64,000 bases of DNA from Schmidtea polychroa. Lineage: Eukaryota. Location of the stretch: positions 252,464,001 to 252,528,000 of the forward strand of contig CM097885.1 of the NCBI GenBank assembly GCA_044892525.1. The letters run 5' to 3'. The notes below the pieces were generated by a model that saw only the letters and a program-made list of their open reading frames with translations, ran no database searches and was not told the origin of the DNA. Shown one piece after another: positions 1-12,186 of this stretch. Position numbers and translations under genes: made by a program. The stretch's first letter is position 1, and each line of letters starts with the position of its first letter.

Positions 1-158
1 ATTGTTAATATGAAGTACATAATATGTCGGCGTTGTGTTTGTGTGAGGGTTTGTATAGTACTTCTATATTTCAGGTAGTCATCAAAGAGAAAAATCTAAT
101 GTTTTGAGATATTTTTTCTAGGTTTTATAAATTTTTTCAAGCAAAAAAAATACGTAAT

Positions 159-346
159 CGGTCGCGTGGGCTCTTTACAAAATCTGCTCTACTCAGGCGT
201 CGTGCGAAAACTTAGCCGCGCATATATTGCAAAGTGCGTACTTGTTATTTAGGCAGCTACTGAGACACACAAACCTGTAACTTAAATAATTAAAATTTTA
301 TGTCGGTTTTTCTAAGCTCCGGGCCTTTAAAGACCCCACACGACCG
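159..346. repeat. 19-bp imperfect inverted repeat, probable MITE
   Basis: CGGTCGCGTGGGCTCTTTA (159-177) vs TAAAGACCCCACACGACCG (328-346), 17/19 complementary. Confidence 0.6.
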
Positions 347-2846
347 ACGATGTAAGAAAAATGGGCGCTACCGACGTAAAGTTAATTAGTAATTTAATAT
401 ACAAATAAATATACATGTTCATATGTTATAGCAAAACCTTGTTTTTATTATGTTAATTGTAGTTTTAAATTTTTTTTTAATAAAGTTATTATTGTTTAAA
501 ACGTGTTTATATTGTTATATATATATTAACAAAAAGATGGGGATGCACCAAGAAAAAAAAATTGGGGGTAGGCGCGGTAGCATAAAGGTTGGAAACCGCT
601 GCTTTAACTCCAAGATACATTTTTGCAATTTTAAGCAAAAATGGTAAACTTAAGTCAAAATTAATTAAAAAAAATTAAAAGACGTATCGTGCAAATGTGC
701 ATTTAAAACACTAGATATATTAGTAGATTAATTTATTTAAACAAAAATAACAACAATCGATGACTATTTATAAATTTTTTTAGCTTAAAAATAGTGAGCA
801 GAGTGCAAAAGGCTAAATTTTATTTTTAATTATTAGTACAGAAATATACGCAATATTTTTATATATGTTTGTTATATATACACCCTTTCCACGGTGACAA
901 TAATTTCGTATAACTCTGGCACTTTATGAAACCTGGAAAATAATTATAAATTTACACCGATATATTTTTTTAATAATATTAGTATCTAAATTATGAAATT
1001 AACCCATCCATAGTGGGAGTCGCTAAAAACAACATTATATTATTTTCTTTACTAATTTTACAACATAAAAAATTCGATAATTTTTTCTCATCCGTGGTTA
1101 AGAGTTTGAAGAGAGGAAATGGAGAGCTTCATCTTCCCATCTTTTAGGAAGTCTTTTTTAATATATAATCAGTAAAAATGCTTTAAATTTTTTGTCTTTA
1201 ACTTATTAAATGAATATAAAATGGATATAAAATGAAAATAATTTTATGCCATCAAGTTATTGGCAAAATTTTTCTTGAAGCCATTTTTTCAAACTATAAA
1301 ACATTATTAAATAGAACTTTAAAATAATAAAAAAAATAAATCATAAGTAAAAAATTTATTAACTTTAGCATGATATTTATTAAGTGATAATTCAAATAAA
1401 AATTTTAATTTTATAATTGTAAATTAAGTCAGTTTTAGAATTAAAAAGTATTAAGTTTCAATAAAAAAAATTATGTTACTAACGGTTAGAATTATTTCCA
1501 AATTTAAGAATGTGAATAAAGCACAAATAATTGCGATCCCAATCAATGTGATGGCTAAATCATAATGGAGTAGTGCAATAGGCTAACGGTTTTATGACCT
1601 ATTGACCGATTTACCGACCAGTAGAAAAGGAAAATAATTTCCATGCATGTCAATGTTGCAGCGTACAATGTGTGCATGTATTATATCGACTAACTGTGGT
1701 ATGTATGTCAGCGTTTCATCCAATTAAATTGCAGAGTACCATGACAAAATTCTTGTTCATGAATAACAACAAGTGTGGTTTTTACATATATTTAATTGAT
1801 CATATAGATGCAATTTTGTTACGATTATTATAATCAATACTGATATTTTTGTATTTAGCAATTTATTTCATGTTAATCTATTAAAGTTAAAAATTAATTG
1901 AAGATTTTGAATATTTATTGAGACAAAGATTTTATTAATATTAAATACTAATTTTGCTCTGTATTTATTTTATTTATCTGTTTTAATATTTAATTTATTA
2001 TTTTTTAGAATTATATTTATGAAATCAGAATGTCGATTTAATAGTTTGTAATTTGTTATTAATCGTAAAACTTTGAAATAATTTTCATTGAATTAGGTAA
2101 TTTTTGTTCATTTAAATTTATGTGAAATTTTTCAAGTTTTTGTTTAAAACATCCAAAAATCATCAAAAAGCGATTGGAAAATTCAAAATTAATATGAAAT
2201 TTATTTTACTTAAAATAAATTGTTATTTGTACGAACATTCATTCATTAACCATGTTAATTCCTGATTATTTATTTTGGATAAATAAATGGGATATAAAGT
2301 CTTATTTTTTGTGCCCTTGTTTGTAAGTCACCTATACCATGTGGGTAATAAATTCATTTAGTACATTTCAAAACACATTTAGATATGTTTAATTTCAATT
2401 CCAATTGCACTGTACAAATTATATTACTGATTAAGATATGACTTTATTAAGTATTTGGGTGATTGGCTAATACGAATCGCGCAACAAAACGTTAAAAAGT
2501 AGAGAATAGGGCTCTTTGTGATGTGGGAAATCGTTATTAAAAAGTACTAAGGATATTGAATGCTAAACCATTATTTGCCATGGAGAGTTTTCCGTTAGTA
2601 AATGTGGCCAAAAATTTGCGGACGAAAACATTGAGATTTGTTTTGAATTATTCAGAATTTGTATATTGTTGTGAAAATAAATCTTGTAATTTTGTTCGTA
2701 TTGAATAAAGTGATGAGAAATATAAAATTAGAATCACGAACAGTTGTAAACTAAAATTCAAAAATTATTTATAAATATAAAATTAATTATTTTCAAACAA
2801 AATAGAAATTGAAAAACTAAACTGATGTGATTTTAAATTGTTGAAC

Positions 2847-3101
2847 CAGTGGCGGAACTTCAAAATTTGGGCCCCCGCGGAATGTAAAATATTTCCACTT
2901 AAATTTTTCGGTTAAAGTTTAATACATAGTTATTCACAGCAGCCGCTATTCAATGATAGTTTTATGTTTGTAAGCAAATATAACTGCGGGAAAAAAGTTT
3001 CAGAAAATGATTGTAAATATTTTTTTAGCAATAATTTTGGGCCCCCTATAGCTGGTGGGCCCCCGCAACGCAGGGTCCTGCGTCTACTAGTTACGCCACT
3101 G
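2847..3101. mobile_element. hAT-type MITE, copy 1 (255 bp)
   Basis: TIRs CAGTGGCGGAACT / AGTTACGCCACTG (1 mismatch); 8-bp TSD TGTTGAAC / TGCTGAAC; near-identical copy at 34706-34943. Confidence 0.9.
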
Positions 3102-3757
3102 TGCTGAACTCCATATTAAATGTTTGTGAAAAGATTCTATTTAAATAGTTATTGACATCAATCATGTCATGTGGTAAATAGGATTCATTATCTTGACAGG
3201 CTGCTGTCATGTCAGTCAAGCGTCAATGAAAAAAATAATTTAAATAAGATGAAGCTTCAGGGGTTAGTGTTAATTAATTAGATTAAAATATTCATAATTT
3301 TAAATATTTCAATTGGAGGACTCCTGATTTTAAAAAGGATTTTAGATAATTTGATACGTGTGATTATTGTGATGACAAATAAATTGATTGTGTTTAGATA
3401 TTTGTGATTTGAATTTAAACGAAATATGGAGTCAGATTGTCAACTATTTTTCTACTGAAAAAATTCTGATAATCCGACAAAGTGTGCCTTTTTACTTAAA
3501 AAATTTCTTGGTTTGTCCCCATTGTCATTGGTAAATTGTGTCAACTTCTTTTCCAATTACTTCTTAATAATTTATTTTTTATGATAGATTTCAAATATCA
3601 CTCAGAACTATTTGACATTTTTCTATTGCTATTAGAATCTGGTCTTCCGACTGAATTTCTTTCTAGTTCTTTTACCCTTCGACCACTCGACCTATCACTT
3701 TTTTAGGATAGTGTTTTATAATGTAGTCAATCATATTACTTCTGGAACACACAAAAT

Positions 3758-3821
3758 CAGTGTTTCTCACTGTGGGGCACCGTGCTTCAGAGGTGGGACA
3801 AGTCATCAATTATCAACTATT

Positions 3822-3861
<40 letters not shown>
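3758..3861 (+). repeat. hAT-like terminus (CAGTGTTTCTCA) followed by a (TA)n microsatellite
   Basis: Charlie-type 5' end at 3758; (TA)n at 3824-3861. Confidence 0.55.
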
Positions 3862-3864
<3 letters not shown>

Positions 3865-3973
3865 AATATAATATGCTCATTCATGACTAAATATAACAAC
3901 AGTCATGCAGCAATTTCATCGAACGTTATTTTTGCATACTGGAAATACTAATTATAGATGTTTGACAGCTACT

Positions 3974-4429
3974 TCAAAGGGACCGGTAGGCCACATGACT
4001 TTTGAAAATACTACGGTGGGACATGGTATCAGGAAGGTCTGGATGAACATGGTCAGCATTCAGAGCCATTTTCAACATTGTTTTGGATGAAATGAAGTAC
4101 CGAAAGTATTCTGGGTACTCATAAGAAATTTCATAATTAACTATGAATGCTTTGTTGATGTCGTCTAGAACAATTGAATGATCTTGCAGCCACTGGTGTA
4201 ATTCTCCGCGGCTAATGATATTAGGACCATATTTGGTTTTTCTCAAGGATGCCAAATAATTATTCAGTTGATTTTTACTTGGCAGTGGTAGATTTTGTTT
4301 TGATAGGTGCTCCAATATAGCTTTTGGCTTTAGTTTCAAATCAAACAATTTTTTTCTTTCGTGTTTTGAGGTTTGAAACAAGTTCTTCATTCTCACTTTC
4401 AGAAGAACAGTATTCTGGAAGATCGTCAA
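3974..4429 (-). pseudogene. Mutator/MULE transposase fragment
   Basis: LKPKAILEHL...LPSKNQLNNYLASLRKTKYG...ISRGELHQW...FRYFISSKTMLKMA...HVH resembles the segment just upstream of the HADATYK catalytic motif in invertebrate MULE transposases. It degenerates exactly where that motif should be. Family call is by recall. Confidence 0.6.
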
Positions 4430-4524
4430 TTTCTGAATTGTTTTTTGCTTGCATTATTGCTCTTTCAATGGCAAAGGTTCAATTATGAACCCGGTTAAAT
4501 TTAAACTAATTATTGATTAAAGTT

Positions 4525-4640
4525 AGCAAATATTAATTATAGTTAGCTAAGTTAATTATAGTTAATTATAGTTAGCTAAGTTAATTATAGTTATATTAAT
4601 TATAGTTAGCTAAGTTTAGTTAGTTAGTTTGCATTTATTA
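4525..4640. repeat. Short AT-rich tandem repeat (AATTATAGTTAGCTAAGTT variants)
   Basis: Several consecutive copies visible. Confidence 0.7.
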
Positions 4641-5404
4641 ATTATAGTTTGCATTTTATAGTGTGCAAAATATTAAAATAGTGTGCATTTAAATTGAAGC
4701 GATTTAATATTATGTTAATTTCAATTTTTGTATTATTTGTAGGTATATTTTATTTTACTAATTTTGCTGGTTTTTAAATAAAATACCAGTTGAAATCATT
4801 CTTTTGATATTTAAAATAATTTCTCTGGTAGATCGTAAGGATTAATCTAGTCAAATATCGCCCACGAGAATTGAAAGTTTTCCATCCCTGCTCTAGAAGG
4901 ATGTCCACATTTTTCACAAAAAAAACATTTAACTCTTCCTGTTTGTAGATACGTACCTATGATTCGAATCACCATAGTTATAACAAATCCTACTTTGTCA
5001 TGAAATATTATTTTTTGGATCATCTATCCTTTCAGGTGATGATTTGTTCCTTCTGAGATTTGTTAGAACTTCTTTTAGTTTTCTTATCTCCTTCTGAAGT
5101 TTTTGAATCTTTAGTGTTGCATTTTTATGTAACCTCATTTGAATCCTATACTTAACTTTCACGTAATAAATATTCTGTCAAAATTCTGACAAAATAACTT
5201 TAAAATTTAGTACTTATTAGAAGTGCAAAAATAGGAAATATTAATTCCTCTCATGTAATGAAAATTTGCAAATGATTTGGAAGGTGAAATGATTACAGTT
5301 TGAAATCAATTTTTAATTTTAGCAATAACATTTCATTAAACTGACAATTTATCTCAATTAAAATATAATTTCATGTATAAATAATCGTTACATTTTGATG
5401 ATAA

Positions 5405-5498
5405 TACTTAAATATTTATTATTATTAAATATTTATTATTATTAAAATATTTATTTAAAATATTTATTTAAAATATTTATTAAATATTTATTATTATC
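5405..5498. repeat. AT-rich tandem repeat (AAATATTTATTATTATT)
   Basis: Directly visible tandem copies. Confidence 0.7.
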
Positions 5499-7894
5499 TT
5501 TGGTAATGGACAATTTTTTGATTTTTCTAAGGGCCGTGAGGCCGAATCAGGCTCCTTTTTATATTTTGTTTAATGAACGTTACAGCATGTATCAATAAAT
5601 GCATTAGATTCAGAAATTTTGGGAATACATTGTGCGGGACAGTTTCTCGGCGGCAATGTTATTATCACAGGAATTTTCTGAAAATCATCTCCGACAAAGA
5701 GAACAGAAATAAGAAGACTGATAGCCGTCAATTGCCTTTAACTAACAATATCGCAATTATTAAACTTACTGTTACTATAACCGCTGAAAATTTCAATAGC
5801 TGCAATAGTAAAATGATTTTTAAAAATTTTTTGACTCTCAACTTTTCTCCAGTTCAGCCTTTATTGAATTGACCCGAAAACGGGTAAAAAATTAAAATTA
5901 TCATTGAAGCAAAGTAGTATTAGAAATCTAATATTGGAAGATAGTAACAAAGAGAAACATTTACTCAAGAATCTTTTGGGTGGAAAATTCATGTTTAAAA
6001 CATAGATGTTTGTACACGTTACCAAGAAAATCACTTAACGATAAACGTTCAGTTCAGATTTTGAAAAATATTTTGATGAACAAGAGAAAATAAAACGTCA
6101 CTGATTTAGTTTCAATACAAATACGGAGAAAAAAATAATAACTGTGAGAAAAATTAAACATACATAAAATTTTAGAATCGAAATTATTCTAAAATTAAAT
6201 ATTTATATAGAAATTACTTTTAGTTTTTTAAATCAAAAAAGCAGATGTTTAAAGTTTGAATGATGAATGAAATTTTTATTGTCGATATTAAATAATTAGT
6301 AATTGTCTCAAAAAATGTTGTTTTAATAATAATAATTTAAAGATTATTATTATGTTGGGCTAGAACTGATTTCTAGACCCAAACTTCTAATTGTGACTGG
6401 AATGCGTAGGTACATAACATGCAAAAAGCAAAAAGTATAGTTAAATATTAAAAGATACACCAAATAAACAATAATAATTAAAAGAGAACAACAAAAAAAA
6501 ATGTAAACACAGAAATTAAATAAAATTATACAAAAGCAAGAAGTTACGCAAAATCTAACTCAAAAATAACCAAATAAACATAAAGTTACAAAAAACAAAC
6601 TCGAATAACTTAAAATATGGTAAAAATAGCAAAAGGTTCCAGAAAAACCCAGAACATTCCATAAAAATGGCGATGACCATCATAAAAGCTACGTTAAACA
6701 ATAAAATTTAGAAAAATAAATAAATTAGTAATAAAATTTTTAATCTTAAAAAGAAATTCATAAAACAGCAATTAAAATAAAAATTAAATTAAAAGTAATA
6801 TAGAATGTTCTGGAACCGTTCCAAATCCATCATGGACGTAAAATTAACGAAAAATAATTAAAAAATAAAAATTTAAAAATAAAAACAAAAATTATGGCAC
6901 AAAAATCGCCATTAAAAATATCAAAATTACAAAATAGAAAATTCTGGAATAAAAAGAATTCGAGTTTGTTTTAATGCATCAATACATACAAGTGTACAAA
7001 ATAGGTATATATACCGACGCATTTTAGTCACAATTTAATCTTTTGTATGCCAAAAAGTTTTATCGAAAATCTAATCGACACCGAGAGTAAGCCCTGTTGA
7101 TTATATTTATTTTATGATTGTTCTTTTATCATTATATTTCATTTTATTAGTTATATTTTTATCTTTTTCCATATTTGATTATTACTTAACAAGAGTGACT
7201 AGCGTCGTCGTGAATGGGTAGCATCCACGACGCTGATCAGTCTTGTTTCTAACTAATAGCCACATGCACAATTTTTGGGTCTACGACCCCACATGCATAA
7301 TAATTTCAAATTTTTTTTTACCGGAGGTCGCCACGAACAAATGGTTTCTAACCAGGAGTAGGGCGGTAAATCCATACCAGTAGTTGGCATAGTCATAGGG
7401 ACTATGCGGACGAAATAAACTTCGGGAAAGTAATCGCGGGAAACATAACACAATAAGGCCTATCGTACCGTATTCAGTTGAGTCGGGAAAGTAGGAAAAT
7501 TTTAATTAATTCGACCTTTCGGTAAACGATATACCAAAAATAAACACTTAATTCTTCTATAGGAAATATATCACTAGGAACATCTAAACGGGAAATATCC
7601 CAGACTCAAATTAATACAGAGGCTTTCGGTAGTCGGCTAATTGCATAAACTAATATCTAATATGCTCAATATTAACTACCATTAACAGATTTTAGTACTA
7701 CTATTCATAATTTTATTCAATGTAATCTAGTTCACGTACGATGTGTATTATTATAAACTAAAATCCCTTCAAAACTTTCATTCTTACCTTTATGTGTATT
7801 GAAATTTAGTTGATATAAAATCTTCAAAGATTTTTTTTTGTGTGCCCTAATAATATTATCAACTTTGGCATCATTACTATTATCATTATTGATT

Positions 7895-8385
7895 TTCCAA
7901 AATCACATTAATAAAGGGTATGTCATTCCCATATAATGGCATATATAAGTATATTAAGCTTTCTTAATACATATTTACATTATGTTTAGAAAATGATAAA
8001 TTATAAATTTTCTCAAATGACCCCCCGGAATATATATTCATCACCCAAATGTCCTAAATGATCTTATTTGAATATATAATTTTGGATAGTAATATGTTAA
8101 AAATGATAATCTAGCAAATTCCATCTTTAGGATCGTTATTATTATTATTATTAATTCTCTTAAAATTACATTAATAAAGTGTACATCAGCACTATATAAT
8201 AGTATATAGAAGTATATTAAACTTCCTTAATATATATTTAACTTACAGTAGGTTTAGGAAATGATAAATTATGAATTTTCTTAAATGACCCCCCCCCCGA
8301 AATATATATTCATTACCCATTACATAAATGTCCTAAATTAACTGATTTTAATATATATTTTGATTATAATGTGTTAAAAAGGATT
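7895..8385 (+). repeat. Diverged tandem duplication, about 260-270 bp period
   Basis: Shared blocks CATTAATAAAG, AAGTATATTAA, AAATGATAAATTAT, AAATGACCCCCC, ATATATATTCAT and AAATGTCCTAAAT occur twice in the same order. Confidence 0.75.
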
Positions 8386-10336
8386 ATTTGAGAATTTGCA
8401 TAAATGCCCCTTGCACAAAGTAACTTGTTGTAATATATATATCTGGAATGATTACCTATAAAATTTTATAAATGACCCTTTTTGACTCCTATGGTCCTTA
8501 ATGACTACCTAGAAGTATTAGTTTAATCTGCTTCTAGGCTCAGCTAGCTTACATTACTTTAGAAATATCGTTGCGTATCTCAGAGTGGAAAATGAGTCCA
8601 TAACTTCCCGAAAATGATTTCCCCTATGTAGTAACCTTATAAATTACGAATCTACATTTACCAATATCATTATCACTAACCTTATTGTCATTGTTATTAT
8701 TAATCTGGCTATTATTATTAATATTACCATTNNNNNNNNNNNNNNNNNNNNNNNNNNNNNNNNNNNNNNNNNNNNNNNNNNNNNNNNNNNNNNNNNNNNN
8801 NNNNNNNNNNNNNNNNNNNNNNNNNNNNNNNNNNNNNNNNNNNNNNNNNNNNNNNNNNNNNNNNNNNNNNNNNNNNNNNNNNNNNNNNNNNNNNNNNTTA
8901 TTGCCATTAGTGTTATTACCATTAACAGTTTCGCCCTTATCATTACCATTAATGTTATCACCATCATTATTATTAAGTTATTAAAATAATTATTATTTTT
9001 TTTAAATTTAAATTTTTGCTAATTGTTGATTCTAGGATCCCCCTATGTCTTAATTTAGTTACAATGACCCTACCCTCCAATAAAATTTCAGGAAACTACT
9101 GAATCTATTTTTAGTAACAACCCCCCCGGTAAACGACGTTAGGATCAATAATTTAAATTTAAGTTATGTATTTATGTTTGGACATGCGTATATGTCCGTG
9201 TGTGCACATATGTCTGCCCATGTTAATAACAACCGCATCGAGGCATAGTTGTCTCCCAGATCATCGGAGGGGGAAACACTCCAGTTTATTTATCTACCTC
9301 AGAAAAATAAAATTATGTCAAAGTTACCTTAGAAAATTGAATTAATTACTTAGGATTATGTAAAGACCAAAAATTCAAAAGTTTATTAACCAAAATAACC
9401 AAGTAAAAATAGAAAACATAGAAAAAATAGAAACGCAAATTTGAATTCCATCGGAGGCTCGTTTCGTGAAAATTATCTGCCCAATTACTCCCATCAGTGT
9501 AATCACGAGAACAACTGAGAAATCCCTGAATATCCTCGGGAGTAAATAGAGAACTTAAAAACTCACGGCATAGATCCAAAACCGGAAAGGAATAACAATT
9601 CCCAGTTAAGTATCTCATGAATTTAGCGTACTGGCATAGTCTGAACTACCATCCGGCAATAGTGTCATAAATCCATTATTTAAGGTATCGTATTTACCGT
9701 GGAGCATCCAGAGACTGTCCCTGAAATCAGACAAGTTAAAAATCAAACTTCAACTTACCCGTTAAGTGTCTGTTGAAGAGAAAGCCACTTACAACCATCC
9801 TGGCCAGGGACTCGCAAAGGGCTGAATATAAATTCAGGCAATTTGCAATATCCGCTTCCCAGGATGGGTCCTAGTAGCACGATTTGATTGTTGACAAAAT
9901 TATCAACAGAGAGCAAAATTAAATTATAAAAATGAATGTTTACATTTAAATAAATGCAAATTAATATTTAAATTAATGTAACTTGATATAAATTAATAAA
10001 ATAAATCTTTAAATGATTTAAACAACCAGTATTGGAAGTTTAATTTATAAAACTTTAAATATCCAGTCTTACTGTACCAACTATTGATTCATCAAACCTA
10101 AAATAATGGATTCCCAATTTAAATATACGAACTGTAATTTCCTAACTGGTACTTGTAGGCCTTGACTTTCGCAATTCCCAAGTCAACTTAAATTAAACCA
10201 AAAAACCGAGCACGAAAATTAATTAGCAATTTGAACATGAATGAAATTGTGTGTTAAACGTCTGGGGGTAACTAGATATAGATGAACAAACAGAAAATTT
10301 CACTAATAATTCTCTTAATATCGCAGACATGCCTAA

Positions 10337-10909
10337 GCTTGGATCAGAAGACAGCCACGCGAATCGCTTGGTATCCGTATCAAGACCAACCTAACTCAAG
10401 AGGAGGCAGACGAAGTTACCAGACTGGACCAGGAAGAAGAACTCACTCGCCTGAGGTCCAGGTGGATCTGGTATAAGATCCATGATTGGACCTACCAGAA
10501 TGTGGTCCCCGTAACCCCGAAGGTGGAGCCTTACATCAATTGCGCGTCATTAGCTTTGATCGATGCCTTTGACGAGGTAAAGGAGGCGGTGGACCGATTA
10601 CACCGGCTCGAAGAAGCAACCATGGCCGGCAAGTTGGAAGACTGTGACGGGTACGCACGAGCCCAATGCCATCCAAAACGAACCGCGGCTCTCCAACGTG
10701 GGCTGGAATACCCAAGAAGATCTCAACGGGGACTGGAACGACTGGGAAAACGCGGACGCCCGCGAAAGACCGCCAGCTCAACCAAGGAGAGTACGGAACC
10801 GAAGGCTAGCGGGCACGGTACGACTAACATCCGTGTTGTGTCAAAATTAAAAACTTGTGATAAAAACAAATTATTATGTGATGACCTGGTTATTGGGTGT
10901 ATTGTGTGA
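10337..10909 (+). CDS. GC-rich unassigned ORF (190 sense codons stop-to-stop), likely retroelement accessory or degenerate gene
   Basis: The frame of track ORF 10502-10909 stays open upstream to 10337 (AWIRRQPRESLGIRIKTNLTQEEADEVTRLDQEEELTRLRSRWIWYKIHDW...). Candidate acceptor TCGCAG ends at 10326. GC content is markedly above the host background. Confidence 0.45.
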   Translation, partial: AWIRRQPRESLGIRIKTNLTQEEADEVTRLDQEEELTRLRSRWIWYKIHDWTYQNVVPVTPKVEPYINCASLALIDAFDEVKEAVDRLHRLEEATMAGKLEDCDGYARAQCHPKRTAALQRGLEYPRRSQRGLERLGKRGRPRKTASSTKESTEPKASGHGTTNIRVVSKLKTCDKNKLLCDDLVIGCIV

Positions 10910-11260
10910 TGTTATGTACTGGGTTAAACATCTTTGATCCAGGGTTTGAATATTATTCGTTAGGTCTTAATAGTTCATAATTATTTAATGTTTGTTGTGT
11001 CTTGGTGGTCGATGATAACTTAATTGTGTAGATTGTTTGATTCTTAGTAATGTTCATAACGTGGAGTATCATTATTGTTGACTACAATTTTCTATAGCGT
11101 TGACAGCCCTATAAGGTTGGGTAAGATACATAGAACTCGGTTTTGGGTGCGCGTAGCGGAGGACTGCGACGAGGGGATTACCTTCATTTAGCATTGATGC
11201 TCATAATAATGCTCGACCCTCGATGCTGATGTGAAAATCATTGATGTTATCTCGTTTTAG

Positions 11261-11724
11261 TGCTAAAACTCCTGGAAGAGATGCGAGCAGATAGGGAACG
11301 GGCGCAACAACAGGCAGAGGAATACCGGGCCAAGCTAGCACGAGTCAAGGCCCACTGCCGGAATTTCGAAGGCACCTGGTTCCCGCCAGCAGAAATGAAA
11401 AAACGGATGAAGTTGATCACTCAACTACAACTCCAGAGTGCACAAGATCAGGTTGAGTTGCGGGCCCTCCGCCTGAGAGTGAGGGAGTTTGAGGTCAAGA
11501 TACACCAACAGGACCTTGATCGAGAGGTCATTGCCAAGATCCGACCCATGAGTGAGCTGCTCCACCAATCGAAGGAGTGCACCCCAACAACAGCATTCCC
11601 GAAGAAGAAGATTCGGCCGGGTAAAGCGGCGCGAGCGAGAATAAGGCAAGCCAGCCAGGCCAAATTAACTCTCCATTCTACTGGATCAGGGGCTACCCCA
11701 AGAGAATCGATCAGGAAACTATAA
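11261..11724 (+). CDS. GC-rich coiled-coil ORF/exon of unknown function
   Basis: LKLLEEMRADRERAQQQAEEYRAKLARVKAHC...ELRALRLRVREFEVKIHQQDLD shows a heptad pattern and is followed by a basic tail (KKKIRPGKAARARIR). It begins at a candidate acceptor CTCGTTTTAG|TG rather than an ATG. Confidence 0.5.
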
Positions 11725-12106
11725 GTTGTCCATGTTTTCCGAATAAATCTTTACTGGTGTATCCATGTCTGTACATTTTGATTTTTTTTGTGTTGTTGAT
11801 TATTGCCACGGGGACGAAAAGAAATCGGACATAGACCTTCTATCGGCAGTCTCTGAACCACAGTGGGTACTAGACAATTATAGTATGTTAAGCATGCTCA
11901 CTTTTTGCTAGTACCCAAACCCTTGATACAGTACCAACGTTGATTGCTCAACGGGTATCAAGTGGTCAGCTATAAATTGTATTCTGGGTTACGCTGGAAA
12001 CAGCATGAGGAGGTAAAGATTTTTCAGTACCTGTAACCCACCAATTATTTTATGCATAAATGTACTAAAATAAATTTTGTAATTATGAGTTAAATTCTAT
12101 AGCCTC

Positions 12107-12107
<1 letters not shown>

Positions 12108-12185
<78 letters not shown>
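12108..12185. repeat. (AAT)n microsatellite
   Basis: About 26 perfect AAT units. Confidence 0.97.

Positions 12186-12186
<1 letters not shown>

Noticed and set aside
2440-2750. YDFIKYLG kinase-like start
   Set aside because: Immediately interrupted by stops and no further kinase motifs.
9346-9618. YTDGS (RNase H-like motif) and CTGATGG...GAAAC in a minus-strand ORF
   Set aside because: Isolated 5-residue match with no other RNase H residues; the ribozyme core is mismatched.
12005-12039. SECIS-like ATGA...AAA
   Set aside because: Spacing between ATGA and AAA is only about 6 nt and there is no 3' GA quartet partner.
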